NCBI RefSeq assembly: GCF_006345805.1
Contig: NC_043019.1
Coordinates: 19,529,360 to 19,593,359, forward strand
DNA: 64,000 bases
Direction of reading: 5' to 3'
Source of the DNA: Octopus sinensis
Taxonomy: Eukaryota
Shown here piece after piece: positions 11,060-24,820 of the stretch. Position numbers and translations under genes: made by a program. Below the pieces are notes generated by a model that was not told the origin of the DNA, searched no databases, and saw only the letters and a program-made list of their open reading frames with translations. How positions within the stretch are numbered: position 1 is the stretch's first letter; the number at the start of each line of letters is the position of its first letter.

Positions 11060-14000
11060 GAGATCAGTTCTGGTCTTGCAATCTTGTCATCAAAGTCCCT
11101 TTTGCATCCCACGTCTATGTACACAGTCTTACACACTTATCAGTCTTCTTCATCCATTTACTCCCTTCATATATAAGCGATTAGTGTCTGCTCATGGATG
11201 ATGAGCTCCATGCATCATTAGGAGCTTTCTTGACTTCTTGTCCATCTCCTTTAGCACATCCTCTGTTCACTTCAGCATTCCAGCTCCATCTCAAACTATT
11301 GTACACAAGTTTCCGGTTTTCAGTTTTGAATCCAAAATTTTTCTCACTGCTGCAGGTACTCTCTCTTTGTCTTCACTTTCATCTCGTTGGGTTCGATTCC
11401 ATCTGCTTCAAGTATTCCTAAATATTTATAGCTGAATTGTGGTTGAATTGCCTTCATCTTTTCACCATTTGGTATCCATATTCCTCCTGATAAGCTTTCC
11501 TCCTCTCATCATCATTGTAGCACATTTTGAGAACCCAAGCTCCATCATCCAAGAAAATCCGCACAGACTGGACCAGGCTGTCCAGTTCTGTTCATTCAGT
11601 TTTCTCTTACCTCTTCCCAGATCATACCTTAACTTTGTTTTCTGTAGCATTTCACTCAAGGAGATCATTCCCAACATAAAGATTAATGGGGACACACTGT
11701 CTCCCTTGAAGATTCCTCTCTTGATTTTCACCTCTTCTAATACTTGATTCCCTTCTCCAACATTTCAGACTGTTCCATATAAGGCTTCTCGTGTTTTCTG
11801 CTTCTTCATACATTTCCGTTGTTCTTATTTATCCAGAAGTGTGGTATCATATCATATGCTTTACAATAGTCAATCCATACCATGCTCAGGTTTGTGGGTC
11901 TTCTCTTGCAGTTCCCGATAATTAGATTATCAATCAAAAGCTCATTCCTTGTTCCCTGGCTCCTCTTTTAACACCCTTTCTGTTCAATAGGTAACAGCCC
12001 ATATTTTTCTAAGTATCTAAACAGTACACTGGCCAAACTACCCGACAATAGTTTCCACATTAGCAGAAGACACGTTATTGGTTGAAAGTTGGATGCAACA
12101 TTACCCTTTTCAGGATCCTTGGCACATAATGTCCTTCCCTTTGTCATCCAGCTGGGTTCTGCACATTCGTGTAAGCACTCATCTAGCTGTTGTGCTATCC
12201 TTTCATAGAGCCTTCTCAGCTTCTTCATCCAATAACCTCAGACCATATCCGGTCCTGGGCTCTTCTAATTTGAGAATTTTCTTAACTGCTTTTTTATAAT
12301 TTTTTTAGTTATTTTTATGTCTTCTTGGCCTTCTCTATTTCTTAACCTATCTTGGATTTCATGCAGCCACTCCACTTCATTGTTACGCTCTGTGGTGAGC
12401 TGGCAGAATCAGGCGTAATACTTAGTGGCATCTCGTCTGTCTTTACGTTCTGAGTTCAAAATCTGCCAAGGTCGACTTTCATACTTTTGGGGTTGATAAA
12501 TTAAGTACCAGTGAAACACAGGGATCAATGTAATTGACTGGTCCCCTCTTCCAAAATTTAGGGCCTTGTGCCTTTAGTAGAGATCCCTCTACAGAATGCC
12601 TTGCTTTCCTCTGTATCTGGTATCATTGTTATGTATAATTGCCTTTCTAGTTCCTGAAACAGTTTCTTCTGTTTTGCCTGAACTGTCTTTTTCTAGTCTT
12701 GTATCTTTGCAGTTTTGCTTTGATTGCTCCAACTCTTTCTTTCAATTCTTCCAATATCACGTCATAACCGTTATCTCTTATTCTATAGGTTCTTTCCACC
12801 ATTATTCTTATGCTTTCATTCTGCACTTCCCCTCTTCTCAACTTGTCCTAAATGTCTTTTTCACTTTGTTTCTGATAAAAATTCATTATGCCAGTATGGT
12901 TCTTTACATTCTTTTGTATCCAACTCTATCTGCAACAACCAAAGTTGCAGCCTAAATAATTTTGCTAGTTTCAGTTATATTTCTCATCTGGAATAGCCCA
13001 AGGACTGAATCTATCTATTCAGTTTCAACTTTGAGCTTGTGATAATCAATGTATCCCACATTGTGGGGTGCTTCATCTTGGCCTTCTCTAATATATCGGC
13101 ACAGCGTCCTCACTGTGTCTTGTTGGTCATCATCATATTCCTGTGCTATAGCTCTTCCTGTTACTTCTGCTTCATTTGCTGACAATGCATTTACGTTTAC
13201 ACTTTGCTCTGTGTCTTCACTGCCATCATTCATTTCTCACTCCTTGCTGGGCACATTATCTTCTGGTGAAGTATTATTTTTCTTTCTTTCTGGTCTCTTC
13301 AATTTCCATGTCTGTTAATCGCCCTTTTGCTCTTATTACTCTTGCCTGGTCGGCTAACTGTTCACTAATTTCAAAGAATCCTATTTCATTCCATTTTGCT
13401 TTCATTCATTGTCAGAATCCCCTTCTGCTAGGCTCACTTCTGAGCCAGCATTCAGTTACCGTTCTGTTTGCCTCCTCACCCGATGTCCGACTCAGCCTCT
13501 TGCTTTGTGTATAAGCAGTCTCTGGATGATGATTAGGCCTGCACTGCTCAACCACAAGACACTGGCTGGGAGAAAGGCTTTTACCTTTGGTTCCAGCCTT
13601 ATTCATACCTTTACTTGATACATTTATATTAGACATTTTCATTCTTATATGGATGTTTGCTCTCTTAAGGTTGGCCACCAACAGGTATCTTTATTGGGAT
13701 ACCATCTCTTGTAAGATTGTCAACCAAGACTGCAGAGCCCTTTCTACCATAAGTTGGGCCTGTGCCCTTCACATTACTGTATGTTGGGGATCATGATCGT
13801 GATTCTCATTAGGAGATAGGTGAACATCGGTTGGTCCTTTATCTTCATCCAAATATTGCTCCGGAATTAGGTCCTGATTCGTCTTCATCCCACGCATGGA
13901 GCCGTTGGACACTGACAGATTGTCACTGTGGCTAAGGAGTCCTATCGACCTCAGTTTTTAAATCAGGGTTCCTTCTCGTAGACACGCTGCCAACAAAGGC

Positions 14001-14180
14001 TAATGAGTTCTGTCAGCCTATTTTCGGAATGGCCAATGATTCTCCCGAGTTCCTCTGCCCTTTGCCAGGTTTTGTTTTTAATCCTTCAGAGTGTCAAAAA
14101 TCCACCCTCCTCACCAAGCAAGCTTCATGGGGTTGCCAGTGCAATTGCCGATGACTCGACTGTTGCACAACACGACAGAT
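11060..14180 (-). mobile_element. Decayed R4/Dong-like (R2-group) non-LTR retrotransposon, 3'-truncated with an internal RT deletion
   Basis: Minus-strand fragments: VTECWLRSEPSRRGF, VILEELKERV..KLQRY..RQFRQNR, NFQPITCLLLMWKLLSG, EQKGC, RGIFKGDSVSPLIF, MELGFSKCA, KYLGILEADG, LLMMHGAHHP. Many stops and frameshifts; no restriction-like endonuclease domain seen. Confidence 0.8.
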
Positions 14181-15339
14181 TAATTGTTCTAGCTTATTAT
14201 TCACTTGATCACTGCTGTAGTTTCACTATTATTACTATAAGGCCCAGAGGTCCTAATATTGCCTCCCCCTCCCCCCCCGATTTCTTTAGGCAATAAATGA
14301 TGGCAAATTTATGGCTGTTGCTTCAGCTGCTGATGTTGTTGCAACACTGGAGTGCAGGGGCGGGCGGGGGGGGTCTACTAATACAGGTGGATTGGGGGCA
14401 GTTAGGAGGAGATTTTTGAGAGGAGTGGCGACAAGTTACATCATATTTACAATATAGGGATCGATCTATGGAACATCACATTGTGGTTAAGATATAAAAA
14501 TCTTTGAATCACAGACTAATATTTCATAGTTTAAAATAATAGAAAGGGTTTGCACATTTTTTGGGGGGTGGGGGCGTTAAATAGCTATCCCGTCATAGTG
14601 AACGCTTACCAGCAGTACTGAAGACTGAGTCCGAGAGGAGGGAGAGAGAGAGAGAGAAGACGAAGAGGAAGAAGTTAAGACTTAACAATATTCCAGCTTG
14701 ATAACAAATCTCTGTATAGAAATTTAGATTTTTGAGATTTTTTATACTTAATAATATTAATATGCCAACTTGTTGTTTTTGTACCTGTGGTGTGTTTCAC
14801 ACTTACCTCAAAGGAAGAAGTGAGTGGCAAAGGGGAGAGAAGAGGACAGAAAGGAAGTGAGAGAGAAAGTGAGAGAGGCAGTAGATACATAGATCAAAAG
14901 AAAGTTGATACAGAGACACATTGGTAAATCAAAGACAACCACAGCAAATATTGGATGTCACTTTCACTTTTCATTGCCACACAAGGATAAAATTAACTCA
15001 CAAACGGCTGAGTACTCCACAGACATGCATACCATAAGGTAGTTCTCTGGGAGATTCAGCCTCATACAGAATGTGGCAAGGCTGGCCCCTTTGAATTACA
15101 ACTACAACTTATTTTGGCCAGATGCATGGACTACAGCAAGGTGAAGTAGAATACCTTGCTCAAGATCACAGCACACCACAGGGAATCCTACACAAACTAC
15201 AAACAAGCCTGCCTTCCTCCCATTTTTTTTTTTTTTGCATACAAAAACTAATGCAAATTTTGGATGGGGTATAACTGTGAAAAGGGCCCAGAAAAATGGG
15301 TAACACCCCCAACAAAATGGGTGGCTACACGAAATTCAA

Positions 15340-15610
15340 CTCTATACTTTAAAGCTTCATGAGTGAATTTGGTAGATGGAAACTGAAAGAAGCCCATCAT
15401 ATGCGTGTGTGTTTGTCCCCACACCTCCATTGCTTGACAATCGATGTTGGTGTGTTTGCATCCCCGTAACTTATCTGTTTGGCAGAAGAGACTGATAGAA
15501 TAAGCACCAGACCTACAGGGAATAAGTCCATGGGTCAATTTCGTTGCCTAAAGGGTGGTGCTCCAGCATGGCCACTGTCATATGATTGAAACAAGTAAAA
15601 GAATAAAGGA
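15340..15610 (+). mobile_element. SINE (second family) 3' portion
   Basis: Dispersed blocks ggtagatggaaactg and gactgatagaataag (also near 8420-8580) and the tail ggtggtgctccagcatgg...gaaacaagtaaaagaataa. Confidence 0.6.
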
Positions 15611-15867
15611 ATACCAGAAGAACATTCCATACCACTAAACCAAGAAGGTTCTTTGAATATGTTTGATGTATTCTAAGGTTAAATAGTCATTCTGTTTACG
15701 TTTGCGTAATTGAGATATTTTGGTTGGATTCGATGGTTGTCAGCTTCTCACTTCTTTCTTTCTTCTGTAATTGTTGCAATATAGAAACGTTTCTCGTGGC
15801 ACCGGCACACGATTTACAGATGCTTACATTTTTTATGTTTTCCGTGAATTTTTCACGGAACCAGCTA

Positions 15868-15899
<32 letters not shown>

Positions 15900-15949
15900 A
15901 TGTGCTTGAGAAGACCCAGCAAGCCAAGTGAGATCATAGCTGTGGCTTC

Positions 15950-16625
15950 TGCCAGTGTCACACAACCGGCCCAGTGGACAATAAACTATGCTTGAGGAGA
16001 CCTGTGGAATTAAGTGGAATCATTGTCGCGGCTGATGCCAGTATCGCATCACTGGCACCCATGCCTGGCACCCATGCCAGTGGCACCCATGCCGGTGGCA
16101 CCCATGCCTGGCACCCATGCCTGGCACCCATGCCTGGCACCCATGCCGGTGGCACCCATGCCGGTGGCACCCATGCCGGTGGCACCCATGCCGGTGGCAC
16201 CCATGCCTGGCACCCATGCCGGTGGCACCCATGCCTGGCACCCATGCCGGTGGCACGTAAACAGCACCATTTGAGCGTGGTTGATGCCAGTCCATCCAAA
16301 CTGGCTCTCATACCGGTGGCATGTAAAATGTACCATACAAACATGGTTGATGCCAGTGTCGCCTGACTGGGTCCCGTGCCAGTGGCACGTAAAAAGCACC
16401 ATTTAAGCATGGTCGATGCCAGTGCTGCCTGACTGGCCCTTGTGCCAGTAGCACATAAAAAGCACCCACTACACTCTCGGAGGTTGGCATTAAGAAAGGC
16501 ATCCAGCTGTAGAAACCTTGCCAAATCAGACTGGAGCCTGGTGCAGATTTCTGGCTTGCCAGCCCTCAGTCAAACCATCCAGCATGGAAAGCAGACATTA
16601 AACAATGATGATTATTATTATTATT
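15950..16625 (+). mobile_element. RTE-type 3' UTR element containing a minisatellite expansion
   Basis: ggcacgtaaaaagcacc / aagaaaggcatccagctgtagaaac blocks and a gatgat tail. Confidence 0.75.
16053..16256 (+). repeat. Minisatellite, 14 units of TGGCACCCATGCC(GG), 13 and 15 bp
   Basis: Counted directly. Confidence 0.92.
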
Positions 16626-17407
16626 ATTGTTATTGTTATTGAGAGAGCAGTGACAATGGGTAAAATATACAAAGCCCAGTATACCCATCATGACTACCCG
16701 TCTGATAAGGGTACACCAGGCACATGCATCACAACCATATGTGCGTGACATGGTGATCTCATATCAAGATAAACAGCGCATGACCTCGCAGGTGGGGCCC
16801 ACTTAGAATTTTCTTCTGGTCAAGTAACCCATCCCACTCAAAAGGTCCCTGAATAAGGGTTGTTTAAGGATGTTGAATGAACCACCCATGTTTCCAGAGG
16901 GGAATTATTCAAACCCCAAAGAATCCCTCTCAACACATGGCTGTGATGCTCCCCCACTACTTCTGCTCGTGATCAGAGATGCACATATCGTCAGCCACCA
17001 AGGGACATGGTCAACTGGTTAAGGTCAAGCAACTGACAAGCAAATCTGTGGTATTGAGCAGAATATTTGCTGTAGCCTATCATTTATACCAAGACAAAAC
17101 AATGTACATGATAACACCAGTTAATCATTATTCTTGTTGTTGTTGTTGTTGTTCAGTAGTTTTATTTTTATATCATGCTTTCACTTCTCTACCGAGCGCA
17201 GCTCTGTGTGCCTTGGGTATGTGCTGTGGTTTGTTGTGATGCTCTGATGGTTATTGTATTGAAAGTATTTTGCGTAGGATGTGTGCAGTGCCTAGTAGTG
17301 CAATTTTCTGTAGTTATATGTGTTTGTAAGTCCTGGTGTTTTTGTTATTATTATTACTACTACTACTATTATTATTATTTACTTCCAATATTTTTTTTTC
17401 TCAACAG

Positions 17408-17821
17408 GCCAAATTCAGTCTTCAATGGACTTACTTTGGCAGAACAACTTGTTCTCTGAGAGTGTAGCAGTGGCAGCCACCCTGAATGACAACAAGCTAT
17501 ATGCCGACTGCCTGTATAAACAAGCTGGACACAGCTATGTTGTGGCAAAACTAAAGACAATGCGCACACCGATGCCGTCCCCTGCTGCTGAGGGTGGAGA
17601 TAGTGTTAATGACGGTAAGAGTGTTGACATTGACCTTGATCTCTCCAGAAACATTGAAGAAGATTTGAGGAATGCTCTGCTGCTTTATAAGAAAGAAGGC
17701 AACAATTTTGGTCAGGCTAAATGTCACCTGTTACTGGCTAAACTGAACGAAACAAACACCAAATCCACCATTGATGCAGTGGAGGCCTTCAAGCAGTTCA
17801 AATTAGGCAAGGTTCCAATTG
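17408..17821 (+). CDS. TRANK1: TRANK1-like exon 7
   Basis: caacag acceptor and gtaaga donor, phase 1-1; 138 codons open (helical, ...GQAKCHLLLAKL...). Confidence 0.78.
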
Positions 17822-18339
17822 GTAAGAGGCATTTTTTTACTTTGCTTGAAATAATAATTCCATAGATTAAATGCATCAGTGTGTGAGTGTGTATATTGGT
17901 TGGTCAGTGTGGGTCACTTGCTGTGCATGTATATGTGATCTGTGTGTGTGTCACTATTGGTCTGTCTGGTGATAAGCATCAATGTATAGATGCATTTACC
18001 CTATTCTCACATCTCTCTATGGCTTACTTTTACTTTCACTTTTAGAAGAATTGCCATCTCTCACTTCTCCCTTCCTCTCCCATTTCCCTGACAAACCCAC
18101 CAAACCAAGATTCACCGTTATCCACTTTTACCATCCACTGCATCCATGTCCACCCTCATCTCTGCTCTCTGTCACTTGCCTTTCACGCTCTCATGAACCT
18201 GTCTACCCTGCCATCCTTCATTCTTAGTCCCTATTTTCTCTTTGTCCATCTTTTTGTACCTTGAGGGTACATCCTGATATCTCATCTCCATCATCCTTTC
18301 TCTCTTCCCTGCAGAGGTAGCCATGTATTTTCTCTTTGA

Positions 18340-18490
18340 CAGGGTCAAACTGAAAAGTTCCTGACTTTGGGGAAAAGAAAATACAGGATGAAGATCAGTT
18401 AATTATGATTTTATTCAACATATTCCCCTCTCAGACAGGCACACACTTATTGCAGCAGCTACCCTTCAGTTTTTCTAAGCCCTGCAAAAA
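18340..18490 (-). mobile_element. Mariner-type transposon end fragment
   Basis: TIR-like gaaaagttcctgactt plus a minus-strand transposase C-terminal remnant (FFAGLRKTEG, resembling F..G..KL..R..KC). Confidence 0.5.
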
Positions 18491-19255
18491 AACCTCGAAA
18501 GGAGCTTTTCAGCATCCCCTCATACAGCTGTGTCTGTGTGTCTCTATCAGACTTTAGCCTCTCAACACTTGACTCAAAGCCACCTCTCTCAATACTGTGC
18601 CTCCTTTCTCTCAAGGAGTCGCACAAGTTACTTGGTGGCCCCACTTGTGCTTTGCCATGGAAAAACAAAGCACTTAGTACATTGTGTAAACTGGTTGGCA
18701 TCAAGAAGGACATCCAGCCATTGAAACTGTGCCTAACACAGGCAATGGAGCCTAACGCAGTCGTTTAGTTCATTGGATCAGGTGGAACCATCCAACTGAA
18801 GCTGCTATGGAATACAAATGTTACATGATGATCATGATGATGATGATTCTTGTCATCTAAAGAGACTTTCTCAGTTTGGTAGAATTTCTTTTGTTTCTTT
18901 CTTTTCTTCTTTCTTTTTTGCAAGTGAAATGGTAGATTCCCTCCTTCTCAATGGAATCTTCATTTCCATTGCACACATTCTTCCCTTGTTGTTGTCTTCT
19001 TTCATATTTTTGTACTTTTTTTAACCATGTGTTTTGCTTGTCTGACTTCATGTCTTCTTTCTCTCCTTTCATTATCATACTTGCTATGTGTGTGTCTGTG
19101 TGTCCGGTGTTAGTGATTTCATGTGTATGTGTGTGCCCATTTGCCTGCTTATGTGAGTATTTGTTGGCATGACTATGTCTGAGTATCTCTGGATGTCCAT
19201 TTTGGTATGATTTTTGTGTGTCTGTATTTGAACAGGTGTTAGTGATTTCGTGTGT

Positions 19256-19307
<52 letters not shown>

Positions 19308-20715
19308 TGCTCAGATGTCGTGTAAAACAATGTCAGAGAGTGTAACTCAGCTGTTTGCAGAATGAAATCACATGTTTTCCTGATTTTACTAACAAGATTT
19401 GCTCTGAAATTTTCATTTAGATATGAACAGATTATTCCAGGCATCTTTGGGCAGTTTGGTAACATCAACATTTTTGGGCATGTACAGGTGGGGCATGGAT
19501 GGGTTGGTAATGAAAGGTTCAGTGTCACAGCTTCACTACCTCTAAAGAAGCCGTGAAAAAGGCATTTTGAAGTTTGTTAAATGGTGAGGTTGTTTATTTT
19601 GAAGGTCATTTGTGGTGATTACTAGATGAGAAACAACAACAGTCCCTGTTGTGGGTAAGAATTCAACTGACCTCAGGTTGAGACAGCTATTCTAGTTTTT
19701 CACCAGTAATTAATGTCATGTGTAGAGAAGTAAGTCTATTTTGCAAGTAGACAACCAAATGACTGCTTGAATTTGGATTTGGATCTCTTAGCTGCTAATC
19801 CAGTACTCTACTCACTCAGCCATTATTACTTTCAGCCTTTGAACTGTTGCTTCTAAGATGAAAAACAATGAGCTTTGCCCGGCAAGATTGTTCTAATAAT
19901 GTTCAGTTGTTCCTCAGTGATTTAGTTGATGAGGTGACATTCTTATGTTGGAAATAACTTATAGAAGTAGAGCTTCATGAACAAGGGAGCATCTAACAAT
20001 TCTAATAAATCTAATATACTCGTTACAATCCACTTTTTTCTGCCGTCTCAAATAAGCCGTGCCATGGACTGTCAGTAAGTAACAGCGGCAAAAGGTGCCT
20101 TAGAGTCTTAGAGTTGAACCTTCACTTCGTTGGTCCTGCATTTCGCTTGGGTCTGTCTACCTGGAAGCTGTTGAGTATAACTCGTTGCCCTCTTCTTCTT
20201 CCTCCTCCTCCTCCACTTCATGGCTATTTTCAGTTGAGCTTCTCTCAGAGATTGGTGCAAGTTATTCGGCGTTGGTTTCTCTTTCTCCTCCCCACAACAC
20301 AAATACAAAGCTTTATGACCTTTATTTAGATGTCTGTATGCTGTAGCGAAAGAAGGCATAGAAAGAACATGGACGTTGTCCTCCCTTTCTCGATTATTTT
20401 AAAACTGCTCAGGCACGCAAACACACACACACACTGTAGATTTGATGTGATTTGAAACAAAGATCAAAGTATGTCACTGATGTGAGAGCTGACCTATGGA
20501 ATCTGTGTACAGCTAGGTGGACTTGGGCAGTTATAGTTGTCTTATCTATTGATACTGTTTAGAAAAAAATGACTTGAGACAAAACTGTTAACTCTTTGGT
20601 TGGATTTCCAAAAACCTATCAAACTGACCAGCTGTGATTGTCCTGCTTTATTAGATTCTAAAACAACTTATTTCAAAAATTCTGTTCTCTGATTTATGTT
20701 TTGTTTCTTCTGCAG

Positions 20716-23037
20716 GTTGTTTAGAAGCAGTTCAATTCTTCACAGATCTCGATCCTCATGATTTCTATAAGGAATCTTTTTGGAATGTTATCAAAGAAAG
20801 TTTTGCTTTAGTACATTTGCTGAAGAGTCATCTGCAAAGTTCAAACCTTGTGGTAAAATCATATTTACCATATTTTGGTCTCTCTTTCAAGGATGATTCT
20901 GTGTGGAAATCTCACACAACAGAACCATTGTGTTGCATATCTCTCATAGAATACAATATTTGTAATAGAATGTCTTATGCAAGTTTTACCTTTGATAAAT
21001 TCAAATCGTGGCTGAATAAATACCTCAAATTTTGTATTCGAAAGTTATTCCAAATACTGTATCACAAGTTAACCATCCACATCATCATAAGTACACCCTG
21101 TCCATTTGAATCTGCAGAATTATGCCAGTCTTCAGAAACTTGTTGTTGTCATTTGGCAAATTTTTATGGAAGTCAGTTTTCTCAGAGTGAATATTTCTGC
21201 CGTTTTCAGGAGAAAAAATGCATGCATCTTCATGAATCCAGTACTTTACCTCGTTTTGATATTCGTGTAGTTATCTGTGAAATGCTTCTCACTATAAAGC
21301 TACAAGACGATTTTGAAGAGTTTAAATTCTTTGCAACTCATCTTTATAAAGCCCTGATTTCGAATTTAGATCAAGATACCCATTTGTCAGACGTCTTCCA
21401 TCCAGACAATATAAATGCCTTAAAAATCTGTATTCGAAATCATTATAAAATGGTTTTTCAAAAGATGACTCTATTGGAAAAAGTACAGTCTTCAGATTTC
21501 TATTTTGAAGTAAATATTTTATTCAGCTGGCTAAATATTAGATATGATTTGAACAAACTCATGGAAGACATGTACCAACAAATTGGAAAAGAATCATTTC
21601 CAGACGTGCATATAGTAAACTCATCTTTGGTTTCTTCTGACAACAAATATATGTGCATATACCAACGGTTCTATGATTCTCTCTATTTTCTTTATGAAAG
21701 ACATCAGCCATTTGAAGCTGTCATTCAATTTTCTAAATTTTGTGTTTTGTTTCTAAAAAAGAGAAAACGTATTCTGCCAGATTTGCACTGCCTCTTATTG
21801 TGGATTGAATTCTTTATGACAATAAGTTTCATGTTACTAATGAGACACTGCAAAATATCAGTGGTTCTATCTTCCTCTCATATTTCCTCAGTTGACATTA
21901 TAGATACACTTCAATCAACATTTTCAGAAAAGCTTCAAGACATTTTAAATTCCAGTCGTATGTGGCTCAATTTGAAACTTCTAGAGGAACGTGTGGCCAA
22001 AATGGTCAGTTTGATTTTTAGTGACAACATTTTTAAGTGTTTACAAAAAGAAGATGTAAATTCAAGAAAACTTGCAAAGCGTGTTTTCATTTTGGGCCTT
22101 TGTTACATTCATTGTTTTTCTGAGCAGCCTTTTGAAAATATACCGGACCTCAAATTTTTAATGAAATGTGAAAATGTTGCAACTCTAGTTGAGGATCCTT
22201 TATTAAGAGTGAGAGATATATGCAGACAGATTGCAACAAACCAAGATGTAGCATGTAGGCTTATTAAAGCTACTGTAAAAGTTTTGATGCAGACCCCAGA
22301 ATATGAAATCTCAAGATATTATTGGATGTTTAAAAATGGAAAACCATTAGGACTACAGTTGGTTTCTGATAAGCAATTGCCAATGTCGAGGCTTGAAATG
22401 GCTGACTCAAGCCCCACAGGTGTGTCTGAAATTGACTCTGAAATAACAGAAAAAATGGTTGAAGATTTAATAAGTAATGAGGAAAAAGATAAAAAGAATG
22501 ATTCTGTGATGCAAACAAAAGCTGTTCAGGTGATTGAAAATGCTTACCTGAGATATAGAAATAAATTATTGAAGGAGCTGAGATCGTTGGAGATTCCAGC
22601 TAACTTACCTTTATTTAGTCCAAGTGAGAAATATTGCTCCGTGTGTGCAGTTTCTTTTTCTTCAAAACAATGGATCACTCCTTTTAAGATTAATGGAAAC
22701 GACAGTTCTGATGAGAAAGAAACTTTATTTAAACACTTGAAGAAACCTGCTCATTCAGCAAAGATTTTGGAATTCAAAGCATTCTCAAAACTCTATGAAA
22801 CTCGTTTTCTTCCTGTTAAAGAAAGAGCCAAAAATTATCTTGATTTAGATTTAGTTTCAGACAATGAAGAAATTACATTTTATTTCAATTTACTGAAATT
22901 AAAATGGCAAGACTTTGATAAAAACCTGGATCAAATTTGCCAAAATGCAAACTGGACAGAAACTGAAAAACTGGAAACAATTGCTGGAAACATTGAACAT
23001 TTTGCTGAGAAAATGAAGCAATTATACAAAAATTCAG
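20716..23037 (+). CDS. TRANK1: TRANK1-like exon 8 (2322-bp large exon, C-terminal region with CxxC...H-x5-H motif)
   Basis: ctgcag acceptor and gtgagt donor, phase 1-1. Contains the 747-aa ORF, open from the acceptor onward. Confidence 0.8.
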
Positions 23038-24820
23038 GTGAGTGTCTCTTCTTTTCTTGATAACATCAAAATACATTTGATTAGATTTTGGTAAGATATG
23101 TCCATTTGACATAACGTTACAGGATATATCAATTAGTATGAATAATTTGACTTATTTTCGTTATGTTTTCTGAAACGTCAAAGACTGATGTGATTGAGAC
23201 GTATATTCTGTGGCTTTCATACTGGCCTTATTTTAGTTTGGTCCATTATATCATATGTTATTTCATTATCTAGGATCAATCTGTCATCATTATCTCATGT
23301 TATTCCACATTTTATCTAATGTGTTCGTTAATTATTAAAATTTTTTTTAAAAAGCCATTAAATTGTAGGTGGTTGATTTCAAGGAAATTTGGCTGCTATT
23401 TCTAGCTGCTGTCGTGTCTATATCTAGATGCAGACAAAAGAGTTTGCCACAGTCTTGATGTGTCGACCACTTTTATGTGGAAGACATTTTTTCTGCTAAG
23501 TAAAGTTTGAGGCCCAGGTTCAGTTCTCAGCTACAGGTCATTCCTTTCACTGGCATTATTAATTCTACTTACAGAAAGATATTCATGGAGCAAATGGTAA
23601 TTCCGCTTTTCTAACATTGTCAACAAGAATCTCCAAGTTTAGAGCAATATTAATATTTTTTCAGGCAGCATTGTTTGGTGTGGGGGTGATGTTTGGTCCA
23701 TGTAAATGACAATGTTTAGCATTGCTCGTTGGTACTAGAATAGGATTAGATGTACAAGTAATCCAACACATCAAGTGGACCACTTTTGTGGAAAGTTTAA
23801 GGATGCCTTAACATATTTGACACCAAAAGATAACTTGAAAGAATTATGCAGTAAGGAATGAATGGATTAGTTATTGACGAGTATTATATTCTGTAAGATA
23901 ACTTTGGACATTTCTGTTATTAGACCTCAGCAAAGTCTAGGCTTTACCAAAGTAGTGATTAGAAAATCACTAAGTGAATAAACGTACAATAATACATGCT
24001 TGTAGGTATAGAAATATTCAGAGAATGAATTGGGTAGCATCTGCTTGGTAAAATAAAAGTAAAAGTTAGTATAATGTGAGGAGAATGAAAAGAAGCAGTG
24101 GTTTGCTTGCTTCCATGGTTCACTGGTTAGGTTTTGTTGCTGTCAATGTGGTCTTTTTCACTATCACTTGAATTAAATATTGGTTTTGATGGAATCAACT
24201 CCACCCCTCTTAGCATTTCTAGTCCTGTGCTTGTGATGACAAAAGAAAATAAAAATTATTTCTAGGAAAGATTTTGGATACTGGAATCTGTAGGGCAACA
24301 AACTTACATCTTTCCTCTGAGTTCAAGTTCCACTGGAATAAAACTTTGTCTTTCACCTTTCTGAGGTTGATAAAATAAGTACCAGTTATTCATTGGGATT
24401 GATTTCAGTTTACCTCTCCTCTAAAAATTTCTTTTTGTTTTTAATAGATATCATTAATTTCTTAAACCTATTAAACCTAATTAAGAAATTGAAGAATTTA
24501 TGAATTAGTTAAATATCATCATCATGATTTAACATCCACTTTTCTATGTGATGCGTGCACACACACAAATACACATGCTGCCATTCAGTCTGTAGTGAAC
24601 TCCACATCTATCAGGATGTAAATGAATTTGTCAGTTTTTGCCCTGAAGAGATTTTTACCTTCTAAATTCATAATGCAATTTTTAATTGTAAAATATGAAT
24701 GAAAGTAGATAATGAAATGCGCATAGCCATTATGAAATTGACTATTATGTAAATAAAGTAGATTTTGCTGTGTTCAAACCGTCCATTTTCTTTATATTAT
24801 TTATATATATATACCCAAGA

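Noticed and set aside
14795-14830. Strong minus-strand donor GAG/GTAAGT suggesting an antisense gene
   Set aside because: No acceptor or coding exon upstream, only a pyrimidine-rich microsatellite-like tract.
16053-16256. CRISPR-like array
   Set aside because: Units are contiguous with no unique spacers, the context is eukaryotic, and there are no cas genes.
18857-19528. 223-aa minus-strand ORF
   Set aside because: Low-complexity and runs through (CA)n repeats, with no motif.
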